Positions 10,191-20,779 of a DNA stretch of 64,000 bases are shown piece by piece (positions within the stretch are counted from its first letter, which is position 1; each line of letters opens with the position of its first letter). The position numbers were made by a program, and so were the translations under genes. Source of the DNA: Candidatus Bathyarchaeum tardum (GTDB taxonomy: Archaea; Thermoproteota; Bathyarchaeia; Bathyarchaeales; Bathyarchaeaceae); assembly GCA_024650005.2 (NCBI GenBank), contig CP122380.1, forward strand, positions 1,344,001 to 1,408,000, written 5' to 3'. The notes beneath the pieces were generated by a model. It ran no database searches, was not told where the DNA came from, and saw only the letters and a list, made by a program, of their open reading frames with translations.

Positions 10191-12083
10191 TTATTGATTA
10201 AGTTTGTCTTTAAGTATTTCATTCACTTCTTTGGGTTTTACTCGTCCTCGTGCCTTCTTCATGACAATGCCCATTAATGCCCCGGCGGCACCTGCTCCTT
10301 TATGTTCAATAAATTCAGAATTTTTTTCAATGACATCGTCAACCAATGCCTCCAACTCTTTTTGTGACATCATAGATAACCCCAAATTTTCAAGAGCTTC
10401 ATTCACATCAGCTCCTTCATTTTTGGCAAGCCACGTTAAAACTTCAGGGATGCTTTCTTTTGCTGTTTTACCTTGACCAATGAGTTTACACAATTCTTTG
10501 AATTGTGTTTCAGAAACAGCATCAATGTTCACTCCATCCCGTTGAAGAGCCTTCAAGGTTTCAGTTAACGCAACCGCGATAACTGTTGTAGAAACTTTAG
10601 TTTCCTTTGATAAACACTCAAACAGCTCAAGGTAATCCGAATCCAAAACCTGCTTTGCAAGCTTTCGGTTAATCTTGTAGTCAGTCATTAACCGTTTCAT
10701 CAAATCTTCAGGCAATTCAGGAAGCCGCCCCTTCAGGTCCTCAACGTATTCGTTAGTAATCTGGATTGGTGAAACATCAGTTTCTGGATACATTCTTGCT
10801 GCGCCAGGTCTTGGTCGCATATATTTTGTTGTTCCATCCGGATTTGCTGACCGGGTTTCTTCAGGAACAAATTGTAATGCTACTTTAGCACGTTCAACAA
10901 CTGCTTTTAATGCATCAACTGAGTTTTGTTGAGTATCAGCAACAAAAACTAGAGCATCTTGATGTTGTTTGTTTAGAACGTGTCCAAGTTCATCAATTTC
11001 TTCTTGGGTTACACCATAGGCGGGCATTTCATCAGTGTGAAAAATGCCCCCAACTTTTCCCCAAAAACGAGCCATACCAGCTAATTCAGAGCCTAATCGC
11101 ATTCCAGGTGCTAATTCTTTTTTGAGTAACCCACCAAAACAGGGCAATTTAACTGCTAAAACAGGGTTTTTGTTTTTTATTGCCCTTGATATAACTTTGC
11201 AGTTGGTATTCTTGAAAACGTGGGTTACATCAACAAAAGCATCATCTAAGTCTGATTCTGTTACGCCACGGTTGTTTAGTTCATCCCTTAACTCTAACAA
11301 GCTAAGCTGGCGTTGAACTTCATTTTCGATTACCTGAGAAACCAAGTCAAGCTCCTGAACACCTTTAATCTCAATTAAAGCACCATCCCGGATGGAAACA
11401 TTTACGTCTTGGCGGATTGTTCCTAGCCCACGTTTTACTCTGCGGGTTGATCTTAGTATTCTTCCGATGGCTGCTGCTGTTTCTTGAGCCTCTAGTGGAG
11501 TATAGATTACTGGTGCAGTTGTAATTTCAATTAATGGAATTCCAAGACGGTCAATACGGTAACGAATCAATTGACCTTCTGTTCCCATTTTTCGTGCAGC
11601 ATCTTCTTCAAGGCTCACCTGAGAAATTTCAACGCTTTTTCCTTTGACGTCAATTGCGCCATTCAAGGCAACAACACAAGTTCGTTGAAAACCGGTAGTA
11701 TTAGAGCCATCAATTACTGTTTTGCGCATAACATGAACCTCGTCCACGGGTCTCATGTTCATCATAAGGGAAGTTAGCAGAGTAATTTCTACAGCTTCAC
11801 TGTTGAGGTCGTGAGGAGGTTCTTCATCCATTTCTACTAGACATGCAGTGTGGTTGTTTGCTTCGTACAGAATCTGTTTTTCTTTCTGGAATTCAAAAAG
11901 TGCTGCATCATCAACTTTGCCTAATTCACTCTGGGCGGGACGTAGTTTGCGTAGAAACGTGAACTGAGGATCTTCTTTGAAAAGTTCTGGTTGACAAGAA
12001 CAGAAAAGCTTCTCTTTAGTGTCCAATTGCTGATGAATTTCAAGTCCCGCTTTAAAACCAATTTTTGCATATTTGTTGCTCAT
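10191..12083 (-). CDS. gatE: Glu-tRNA(Gln) amidotransferase subunit E
   Basis: GLEIHQQL, IDGSNTTGFQRT, DRLGIPLIEI, RPRPGAARMYPETD. Confidence 0.97.
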   Translation of the reverse strand: MSNKYAKIGFKAGLEIHQQLDTKEKLFCSCQPELFKEDPQFTFLRKLRPAQSELGKVDDAALFEFQKEKQILYEANNHTACLVEMDEEPPHDLNSEAVEITLLTSLMMNMRPVDEVHVMRKTVIDGSNTTGFQRTCVVALNGAIDVKGKSVEISQVSLEEDAARKMGTEGQLIRYRIDRLGIPLIEITTAPVIYTPLEAQETAAAIGRILRSTRRVKRGLGTIRQDVNVSIRDGALIEIKGVQELDLVSQVIENEVQRQLSLLELRDELNNRGVTESDLDDAFVDVTHVFKNTNCKVISRAIKNKNPVLAVKLPCFGGLLKKELAPGMRLGSELAGMARFWGKVGGIFHTDEMPAYGVTQEEIDELGHVLNKQHQDALVFVADTQQNSVDALKAVVERAKVALQFVPEETRSANPDGTTKYMRPRPGAARMYPETDVSPIQITNEYVEDLKGRLPELPEDLMKRLMTDYKINRKLAKQVLDSDYLELFECLSKETKVSTTVIAVALTETLKALQRDGVNIDAVSETQFKELCKLIGQGKTAKESIPEVLTWLAKNEGADVNEALENLGLSMMSQKELEALVDDVIEKNSEFIEHKGAGAAGALMGIVMKKARGRVKPKEVNEILKDKLNQ

Positions 12084-12095
12084 GACTTTGTCTCC

Positions 12096-13427
12096 TCAGA
12101 TTTCTGCCTCGTCGTAAAGTGTTCTAGATGAATACTCATCGGCTAAATTTATTTTAAGAAGTTTCTTTACTTCGTCAACATCCCTTGTTTGACCTAAAAC
12201 CCATCTGAGTTTAACATAAGCGGTTTCAGGAAGCATGTCATCCAAAGAAACAACACCCAAAGCCAGAAGGTCTCGTCCTTGGTCGTAAACATTCAAGTTG
12301 AGTCTACCCCACAAACACTGCGACGTCATACAAACAACAACGCTTTTTTCAACGGCATTTTTGATAGCCGAAAACAAGTAATTTCCAACATGACCCAGAC
12401 CGGTACCTTCAAAAACGATTCCACGATAACCGTTGCTGACGTACCAGTCAATAATTTCAGGATTGACATCGGGATATGCTTTAACAATAGCCACTTTATC
12501 GTCAAAGTTTGTGTTCAGCTTCAATTTACGGGAAACATCTCGCTTTCTGTAATTTTTCGTTAACATATTCAGTTTGCTATCAGTCAATCGTGCAATAGGC
12601 AAAGCATTTACAGACTTGAAGGTGTCCCTGCGACTTGTATGGCATTTTCTTGCTTTAGTTCCTCGATGAAATACGATTGAAGTATCAGAAACAGTCTCGT
12701 GCATTGCAATAACAACTTCTGCAAAAGGTGCAAAAACTGCTGCTTTCACTGCGCCAATCAAGTTAGTTGCTGCATCAGAACTAGGACGATCCGCTGACCT
12801 TTGCGAAGCAACCATAACTACTGGAACAGGTAAATCCTGTAAAGCAAAACTCAATGCTGCTGCACTGTAGCCTAAAGTATCTGTTCCGTGAGCGACAACA
12901 ACGCCGTCTACTCCATTTTCAATATGCTTTGCAACTGCTTTTGCTGTTCCAATCCAATGTTCGGAAGTTATATTTTCACTAAAAATACTAAACAAAATTT
13001 CTGTTTCTACTACTGCTAGTTCGGAAAGTTCAGGAACCACACTGTAAAGTTCGCTAGCTGACATTGCAGCACGTACTCCACCTGTTCGGTAATCTACGCG
13101 ACTGGCTATGGTGCCCCCTGTGCTTACTATCGCTACTCGGGGTAATTTGCTGTTTTGTTTTGGAAGGGGCGGAGGAGTAAATGTTGGTTTTGTACCTTCG
13201 CCAACTTTTTCTATTTTTGCTGATAGGTCAACGCGGACCCCAACATTGTAGCCGCTTTTCATTTTAATTACAATATGATGTTCATCGCCAATTTCTGAGC
13301 GGGGAATAAGAATCCCTTCCCAGCTGTCTTCCCCTTTAGTTACGCGAATAACAGCCCCAATTTCGGCGTTAATGCTCTTCAAAAGTTGTAAAGTCTGTCC
13401 CCTGTAACCTGTAAACTCCTCAGTCAA
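12096..13427 (-). CDS. gatD: Glu-tRNA(Gln) amidotransferase subunit D
   Basis: KMKSGYNVG, TGGTIASRVDYRTG, HGTDT, QRSADRPSSD; adjacent to gatE. Confidence 0.97.
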   Translation of the reverse strand: MTEEFTGYRGQTLQLLKSINAEIGAVIRVTKGEDSWEGILIPRSEIGDEHHIVIKMKSGYNVGVRVDLSAKIEKVGEGTKPTFTPPPLPKQNSKLPRVAIVSTGGTIASRVDYRTGGVRAAMSASELYSVVPELSELAVVETEILFSIFSENITSEHWIGTAKAVAKHIENGVDGVVVAHGTDTLGYSAAALSFALQDLPVPVVMVASQRSADRPSSDAATNLIGAVKAAVFAPFAEVVIAMHETVSDTSIVFHRGTKARKCHTSRRDTFKSVNALPIARLTDSKLNMLTKNYRKRDVSRKLKLNTNFDDKVAIVKAYPDVNPEIIDWYVSNGYRGIVFEGTGLGHVGNYLFSAIKNAVEKSVVVCMTSQCLWGRLNLNVYDQGRDLLALGVVSLDDMLPETAYVKLRWVLGQTRDVDEVKKLLKINLADEYSSRTLYDEAEI

Positions 13428-13509
13428 ACCAGTTTTCTCCAGTTTCTTATGCTCTCAACTAAACAAGCTGAAAACATCTTTCAATTATAAATCCCGTTTA
13501 TTAAAAGAT

Positions 13510-15099
13510 TCAGTTGACCTGTTTAGAAACATACGGACCATCATAACTGTATCCTAACTGCATGTAATACGGTTTTGTCCCAAGGGCACTAATCACCACA
13601 ACTTTTTTGCGGTCAAAATCTTCAACAGCTACTTTTTCTGCTTCAGATAATAACACGTTACCATAACCCTTGTGCTGCCAAGCCCCAATAAAATGCTTCC
13701 CAACTGGAACCAAAGGACCGTAAACCCTAAGCTCACGAACTATCGCAGCTTTTTTAGAAGCAATTTCGGGTCGAAACGCTTTTTCAGAAGGAATCCGTAG
13801 ACGTACGTAGCCCAACAAAACGTCGTTAACTGGATCTTCAGCCGAAATAAACAACTCCGTTCCCTCCGAAGCAGACTCTTTTATTGTCTGAATTTCAATG
13901 TTTTCCAGGTCTGGTTTCACGTTATCCTTTAGCCAGCGGTGACCTACTTCTCTACACCGGATACAAGGGCACTTGTTTCCTTGATTTTCAAGTATCTCTA
14001 ATGCGATCTGCCGTAGATTACTCAATTTTACTCCTGCTTCAATCAAATTTGCAGGAATATCCCGTTGAACACGCATTATCCGAACCCACGGAGGAACAAA
14101 CTTTTTCACTTCAGCTATTAATTGGGCAGCTTCTTCTGTGCTGTATGGTTGGTATTCCCCTTTTTTCCACCAATCGTAAACTTTGGTTCCTTTTACCACT
14201 AAACACGGGTACAACTTAATCATGTCAGGCTTGAAAACAGGATTAACAAAAACTTCCCTGAATCCGTCAAGGTCCCGCTCAAAATTTGAACCAGGCAAAC
14301 CAGGCATAAGATGGTAAACCAGCTTTAATCCGGCGTCTTTCATTATTTGAGTGGCTTTGATAACATCTATTACTTGGTGTCCCCTGTTAACTTGCTTGTA
14401 GATGTCATCGTAAATGTTTTGAACACCCAGTTCAACACGGGTTACACCCATAGTTAGCATTTGGTTAACTTGTTCTTGTTTTGCCCAATCAGGTCGAGTT
14501 TCAACAGTTATTCCAACGTTCCGAACCTTACTGTTCTCTGCTAACTTTTTTGCTTCATCTAAAGAGTTTGATTTGGTTCTTGTGATGGCGTCTAGGCACT
14601 GTTTAACAAAATCTTCTTGATATTCCCTAGGTGTACTAGGAAAAGTTCCTCCCATTACAATGAGCTCTACTTTGTCAACCTTGTGACCTATCATTTCAAG
14701 CTGCTCAATACGATTCGTGACTTGATTGTACGGATTATACTCGTTTTGTGAACCCCTCAAAGCAGCCGGCTCATGACCCGTATAACTTTGTGGAGACCCA
14801 GACGTGGGTCCCCCTGGACAGTACGCACAGGGCAAGTCTTGGGGACAAGGCAGGGGTTTGGTCATCACTGCTACTACTGTTACCCCAGAAATTGTGCGGA
14901 CGACTTTTCGGCGCAGAACAGGAATCAGTTTTGCTGTTTCTTCAGGTTCAAGGTGTTGAATTATTTCCGCGTTAGATGGAACTTTGTTTAAACTGTATTT
15001 TTTTGCAACCTTCATTTTGAGGCAATCTAAATCTTTCTTTGAAGGACTGGAAAACTCAAGCAACTGACGAATTATTTCCCGATACGCCTCAACACTCAT
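13510..15099 (-). CDS. elp3: Elp3 tRNA wobble-uridine modification enzyme (radical SAM + GNAT)
   Basis: RTISGVTVVAVM, CAYCPGG, SYTGHEPA, ETRPD, RVQRDIP, WQHKGYG. Confidence 0.96.
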   Translation of the reverse strand: MSVEAYREIIRQLLEFSSPSKKDLDCLKMKVAKKYSLNKVPSNAEIIQHLEPEETAKLIPVLRRKVVRTISGVTVVAVMTKPLPCPQDLPCAYCPGGPTSGSPQSYTGHEPAALRGSQNEYNPYNQVTNRIEQLEMIGHKVDKVELIVMGGTFPSTPREYQEDFVKQCLDAITRTKSNSLDEAKKLAENSKVRNVGITVETRPDWAKQEQVNQMLTMGVTRVELGVQNIYDDIYKQVNRGHQVIDVIKATQIMKDAGLKLVYHLMPGLPGSNFERDLDGFREVFVNPVFKPDMIKLYPCLVVKGTKVYDWWKKGEYQPYSTEEAAQLIAEVKKFVPPWVRIMRVQRDIPANLIEAGVKLSNLRQIALEILENQGNKCPCIRCREVGHRWLKDNVKPDLENIEIQTIKESASEGTELFISAEDPVNDVLLGYVRLRIPSEKAFRPEIASKKAAIVRELRVYGPLVPVGKHFIGAWQHKGYGNVLLSEAEKVAVEDFDRKKVVVISALGTKPYYMQLGYSYDGPYVSKQVN

Positions 15100-15154
15100 T
15101 AGGTTTCATCTACTGAACATGCACAAAACCTGTCAAATAAAGCCTACAGTTTTT

Positions 15155-15712
15155 TCAAAGATTCGAACAAACTGCAACATAGCCCTTTAGTGCTTCATCA
15201 TTATTGAACATAACAAGTTTCAATTGTGAACGCTTCAACAAATCAACAAAATTTTGCTGTGTGAACTTTTTTTTCAACCCAGTTATTGCAAATAACGCTT
15301 CAGGTTTGCCTGTGCGTTTCATTTCCAAAATCGTTCTTGTGGGTTCAGGCATATTCTGCAACACGGTAACCGAAAAAATCTTGTCAAACAGGTCGTCCAC
15401 AAAAGGGGTGTTATCAGCATCTGCACAAACTAAATCCACGTTAGACTTGTTTTGAATTCGCTTTTTTGCATACAATAACGCTTTTTTGGAGACATCAGCC
15501 CCAACAATAAAGCCTGCTTTTTCCGATATGTGTTCAAATAAGAACCCTGTTCCACAGCCTAGATCTAAAACAAGTTCGTTGAACTTTAAATCCAAACTTT
15601 TTAGCAGGCTTTCAATTTTATTGTCCTGTTCGCTGATGTATTGCTTGTCATAAATTCCCGCTTGCAGGTCGTAATGTTGTTTGTTGCTGCGTTTTTGTTT
15701 CCAATCTTGCAT
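15155..15712 (-). CDS. Class I SAM-dependent methyltransferase
   Basis: VLDLGCGTG motif I; ADADNTPF..FD. Confidence 0.88.
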   Translation of the reverse strand: MQDWKQKRSNKQHYDLQAGIYDKQYISEQDNKIESLLKSLDLKFNELVLDLGCGTGFLFEHISEKAGFIVGADVSKKALLYAKKRIQNKSNVDLVCADADNTPFVDDLFDKIFSVTVLQNMPEPTRTILEMKRTGKPEALFAITGLKKKFTQQNFVDLLKRSQLKLVMFNNDEALKGYVAVCSNL

Positions 15713-15766
15713 GGTTCTCAGAAGTTTTATCTATACTTGCTCTTCTTTAGATTGTCGGCGGTCAAT

Positions 15767-16546
15767 ATGTCAAAATCCAGCTCTGTGACTATCTTAGAAA
15801 ACCCGACAATTGAACAAGCAACAGAATTTATAAAAAATGCTGTTTCAGAACACAAAGCAGTAATACTAGTAGGAAAATGTTGGGTAAACTACAACGGACG
15901 CGCAAGCTCAAAACTGGAACCAGGGGAACGCATAGTTATAATCAAAGAAGACGGCTCAGTTTTGGTTCATCGACCCAACGGATACGTCCCCGTTAACTGG
16001 CAGCCTGCAGGATGCACATTTCAGGTTCGTACTAAAGATGAAGCTGTACGGATTAGAGCTAATCGACGCAAACCTTTGGAATCTCTTAGTGTACATTTTG
16101 ATGTAATTTTTTCGGTTTCAGCCATGAAACTGGTTGACCATGGAGAATTCTCTTTACATGCTAGTGAATCAGACATGCAAAAAGCAATACTAGTAGACCC
16201 TTCCCTTTTGGAAGAAGGTTTTGAACTAATATCATACGAAAAAAAAGTTGACCCAGGATTTGTTGACGTTTACGGTCTAGATAAAAACGGAACCTTAGTA
16301 GTTGTTGAACTTAAACGTAAAACAGCAGGGCGGGATGCTGCTCTTCAATTATCCAAGTATGTTGATTGCATCAAAAACATAACAAATCGAGAACTCCGGG
16401 GAATTCTTGTTGCACCTAGTTTAGCAAAAGGAGTTCAAACAATATTAACCAGGTTAGGTTTAGAGTACAAATCCTTAGACCCTAAAACATGTGCAGATAT
16501 TTTACAAAAATCAGCAACCAAAAAACTTGAAGACTTCTTTGAATAA
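15767..16546 (+). CDS. nucS: Mismatch-specific endonuclease NucS/EndoMS
   Basis: Y.GRASS.L, IKEDGSVLVH, PVNWQP, D..G.D...VVELKR, QLSKY; start moved to ATG 15767 to avoid overlapping the divergent gene. Confidence 0.94.
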   Translation: MSKSSSVTILENPTIEQATEFIKNAVSEHKAVILVGKCWVNYNGRASSKLEPGERIVIIKEDGSVLVHRPNGYVPVNWQPAGCTFQVRTKDEAVRIRANRRKPLESLSVHFDVIFSVSAMKLVDHGEFSLHASESDMQKAILVDPSLLEEGFELISYEKKVDPGFVDVYGLDKNGTLVVVELKRKTAGRDAALQLSKYVDCIKNITNRELRGILVAPSLAKGVQTILTRLGLEYKSLDPKTCADILQKSATKKLEDFFE

Positions 16547-16560
16547 CTTCAGTTATTTTT

Positions 16561-16899
16561 TTATCTAACATAGTAGGGGCTCTTGTCCTTTTCCAATTTT
16601 TTCATGGTTTCTGCTAACATATAATCCATGTCTTTACCCCATAGGAGCCATCGAAGTCCATGGTAAAAACGTAAAAATTCCAATCCCTTGTTGGTGGTTT
16701 TGTAAACATTTTCGTTATCTTTGTTTACTGTTATCAGTTTCATTAGCATCATTGCTGGCACATATTTTTCAAGACTGCTCTGATCTAGTTCACATCCAAC
16801 AATGATTTCAGATTCTTTTGAACCTAAAGCAGCGATCCGTAAAATGTCTGCGACCACATCAAACTCTTTTCTTTTTTCTACCACCTGATTCTCATCCAC
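16561..16899 (-). CDS. Winged-helix transcription regulator (archaeal HTH_45-like), paralog A
   Basis: VVADILR..YKTTNKGLEFL wHTH pattern; paralog of 16982-17281. Confidence 0.75.
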   Translation of the reverse strand: MDENQVVEKRKEFDVVADILRIAALGSKESEIIVGCELDQSSLEKYVPAMMLMKLITVNKDNENVYKTTNKGLEFLRFYHGLRWLLWGKDMDYMLAETMKKLEKDKSPYYVR

Positions 16900-16981
16900 C
16901 TTGATTTTAATGATTTAGTTTTACAACAAAATTATTCTTTGTTGAAACTCTTGGAATAATTACAAGCAATTCTAGTTGTTT

Positions 16982-17281
16982 TCAGCTAACATAGAATGGT
17001 GATTCTTCTTTATGTTTTATCTTGTCAAGAAGCTGCATCAGCATCAAATCGTTTTCTTTGCCATACAGTAACCATCTAAGCTTGTGGTAAGTGTCAAGAA
17101 ATTGCAATCCTTTTTTTGTGGTTTGGCAACGTATTTCATTGTCGTCGTCTACTGTAAGAAAACTTAGTTCTGCCAATGCAGACAAATAATTTTCAGTAGA
17201 CATTTCATCTAAATTGCACCGGTCCATAATTTCTGCTTCTTTAGTGCCGTTAGCTGCCACTCGCAATATTTTTGCTACCAC
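16982..17281 (-). CDS. Winged-helix transcription regulator, paralog B (start uncertain)
   Basis: VAKILR..QTTKKGLQFL; shares YH.LRWLL.GK..D.ML and SP.YV with paralog A. Confidence 0.75.
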   Translation of the reverse strand: MVAKILRVAANGTKEAEIMDRCNLDEMSTENYLSALAELSFLTVDDDNEIRCQTTKKGLQFLDTYHKLRWLLYGKENDLMLMQLLDKIKHKEESPFYVS

Positions 17282-17625
17282 TTTTACTTCATTATTATTT
17301 TTCGTAATAATCCACCGCCAATTACTTTTGTAGTGAAATGAATTTTGTGCTGTCCGCTTTTAAAGGGATATTTCAGTACTGCAAATACTTACTTAGTTGA
17401 TAGTGAAAACTTCTATAAAAATATCAAGTCGAAACCTGAATAAAATTAGCCTAAACGATACATTATATTAAAATATTCTCTTTAGAAATCCGTTGATTTT
17501 TTTAAACGTTCAACTATTTTTCATATTAAGACACTGTTTGAAATTATGCTTTTGGTTACTTCGGTAACGGATTCTTTAACAATCTTTAAAATTGCAAAGC
17601 TGTTATTGTTAATCTGGGAATCAAT

Positions 17626-17931
17626 TTGGCTGTTTACATTCTTTTATCAAAGCTTACGTCCGAGGGAAGAAAAACTATCCGAGAAAAACCTAAACGCATA
17701 CAAGAAGTCAACCGAGAAATCAAATCGTGGGGTGCTAAAGTCATTAAACAATATTCTTTGCTTGGCCCCTACGATTTTTTGAACATTGTAGAAGCACCAA
17801 ACAACGAAGTAATTACCCGAATCTCTATAGAATTGGGGGCTCGGGGAACCGTAGAAATTGTTAGTTTACCGGCAATGGAAATCGAAGAATTCATAAACCT
17901 AGTAAATAACCGAGAACGCCAGCGCCTCTAG
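17626..17931 (+). CDS. GYD domain-containing protein
   Basis: YILLSKLT.EG, LLGPYDFLNIVEAP, ELGARG pattern. Confidence 0.85.
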   Translation: MAVYILLSKLTSEGRKTIREKPKRIQEVNREIKSWGAKVIKQYSLLGPYDFLNIVEAPNNEVITRISIELGARGTVEIVSLPAMEIEEFINLVNNRERQRL

Positions 17932-19334
17932 AATTTCATGTAATCTGTTATTCTTTTTTGGAACAAAGCCCTTTGCAACAAATTACTTTTTTCGATCCAA
18001 TCCTTTAGTGGAATCTCAAACTTACTACCGATATGTTCTAACGCTTCTTTCATTGTATTGTATTTTTGCGGTTTTTGTTGCATTGCGTTTCGTACGTTTT
18101 CTCTGACTTGCCAGACCCCCACAGGCATGATGTATCCAGGATGGGCTTCTCGTAAAACAAACACAGTTGCTTGTCTTCGCTCTTTTAGAAGCAATTCTCC
18201 AACCGCTAAGCGCGCCGCGTAATAGCAGCCACCAATACTAGCGTAAGTTGTTCGTCCGTCATAACCTTCCCAGTCTGAAAACAAAAGAACATTCTCACTA
18301 GTTTGGTTCCAAGCCGTGCCAGGATACCATGCTTCCATGGCTTCGTATCCCCATTCTCTAGGGATCATCAAAATTTCAAATACGTTATCTAAATATCGGG
18401 ATTCATAAACACGGTAATCGTTGATTTCTGGATATGTTTTGATTTTTTTCATCATCTGTTTTGAGATTATGCTATCAACAGCAGTTATGCTCCAACGAGT
18501 CGGAACCAAACGGCGCTGTTTTTTCATTCCAAATGCACCTACGCTAAAGGCTCGCTGAATTTTTGTTACCATGGTTCCTTTCTGAAACAGTGTGGTTACT
18601 GCCTCAGAAGCGTGTAAGTCATCATCAAAGTAAGCTTTCTGGATTTGTTGGTCCCACTTAGAGTTTGATATTTCCATCTTTTTCAACGGCGCAGAGGGTC
18701 CAAAAGGCTGCACTTGGTCATCAATAACAAGGGTGCTAGCTGGCTTCCTTTTCAGATTCAGTTCAACGTCCACAGGTTTAACAGACAACGCTAAATCGAT
18801 TGTTTGATCCATTATTTTTCCTGATTCTTCAAACTTTTTCACGTGAACTCGATGCTTTCCCCGGACCAGTAACGAACGAAAACCCACAATTTCATCAATG
18901 CTTTTTCCAAACCATGATTCAGGTTGGTCATAACTACTTGTGTCGTCGTGGACAGGGGGAACGAGGGGTCCTGCATAAACATAAGGATAACCAATTCTGC
19001 CAACAAAAACTCCTGGAGGACAAGCTCCGTCCAAATCTGTGCTTTGCAAAATGGGAGCAGACCTAAAGTAAGAACTGAACCTCACAACTAAGGGGCATCT
19101 GGTTTTTCCACATAAAAACTTGCCTCCTTTGCATACGGCACAAAGATTGTTTTTGCCTGTTTTGGTTATTAGCTGGTTTTCGTTATAGTTTATATCCGCA
19201 GCAATGTTGTTATCATCTAAAAGTTGGCGAATCCAATTGTTGTCACTGGGTGTAGGCTTGGGTTTTTTTATTGGCATAATGATTTTGCCGTTTCTTTTTC
19301 CTCCAGTTATTCGCCTCATTACTATTCGCCGCAC
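17928..19334 (-). CDS. nreA: Archaeal DNA repair protein NreA (start probably further downstream)
   Basis: CAVCKGGKFLCGKTRCP, FVGRIGYP, RRLVPTRWSITAVD, GCYYAARL, VGVWQVRE; C-terminal PIP box QKRITDYM. Confidence 0.92.
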   Translation of the reverse strand: MRRIVMRRITGGKRNGKIIMPIKKPKPTPSDNNWIRQLLDDNNIAADINYNENQLITKTGKNNLCAVCKGGKFLCGKTRCPLVVRFSSYFRSAPILQSTDLDGACPPGVFVGRIGYPYVYAGPLVPPVHDDTSSYDQPESWFGKSIDEIVGFRSLLVRGKHRVHVKKFEESGKIMDQTIDLALSVKPVDVELNLKRKPASTLVIDDQVQPFGPSAPLKKMEISNSKWDQQIQKAYFDDDLHASEAVTTLFQKGTMVTKIQRAFSVGAFGMKKQRRLVPTRWSITAVDSIISKQMMKKIKTYPEINDYRVYESRYLDNVFEILMIPREWGYEAMEAWYPGTAWNQTSENVLLFSDWEGYDGRTTYASIGGCYYAARLAVGELLLKERRQATVFVLREAHPGYIMPVGVWQVRENVRNAMQQKPQKYNTMKEALEHIGSKFEIPLKDWIEKSNLLQRALFQKRITDYMKF

Positions 19335-19391
19335 AACAGAAAGTAGATGTGTCAGTTGAGTTAGAAAAGATTTTTCTGTTCTGGCTTTTAA

Positions 19392-20129
<738 letters not shown>

Positions 20130-20223
20130 ATTTCTTTCCATTTTTTTGGAAGATGTTTCTTTTTTTCTGTTTTATTTTTAAACACTGGCAAAAAAATTTT
20201 AATGCTGTTTCTCAATTTTATTA

Positions 20224-20679
20224 TTGAAGTTTCATGTTTTCAAAAAAATCACAAAAAAGGTGAGGCTAATCATTTCTGCATTAATTCTCTTAGCTGGTTT
20301 AGGGTATCTGCTTTATTTGTATTTGATTTTTCCGGGATTAGTGCCTTTTCATGGCAGTGGAGAGCGGTTCACCCTTGTAGAATCTGAGAATTTTACCGCT
20401 GAAATGCCTTGGTATGCTAATACTAGATTGCATTTAAACATGCAAACTAATGATACAGTAAAGCTGTATGTTGATGGCGTGCATATATGTGATTATATAA
20501 GTTACGATTTGGTTATAGAACCAGATGAACAAATTTTAGTATCATTAACATCAGAACGCCCTGGTTCAGGCTACTTTATTGATTGGCAAGAAATTGCTTT
20601 TGAGAATCAATTGATTGCTTTAATTATTGTTGCCGTCGGTTTTTTGAGTATAGGAGTTACGGTAGCAAATAATCGGTAA
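20224..20679 (+). CDS. Hypothetical membrane protein
   Basis: N- and C-terminal TM helices around a beta-rich soluble segment. Confidence 0.6.
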   Translation: MKFHVFKKITKKVRLIISALILLAGLGYLLYLYLIFPGLVPFHGSGERFTLVESENFTAEMPWYANTRLHLNMQTNDTVKLYVDGVHICDYISYDLVIEPDEQILVSLTSERPGSGYFIDWQEIAFENQLIALIIVAVGFLSIGVTVANNR

Positions 20680-20779
20680 TTTGTTGACTGCTGTTGTGAA
20701 ACCTTTATTTTGTTCTTGACGTTTTTCCATATTCATTCAGAGTTACGAGGCAATTTGCAGAATTTAGGAGATTTGAATA

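Noticed and set aside
15641-15766. Long N-terminal extension of NucS in the ORF track
   Set aside because: Overlaps the divergent methyltransferase start; ATG 15767 fits NucS length.
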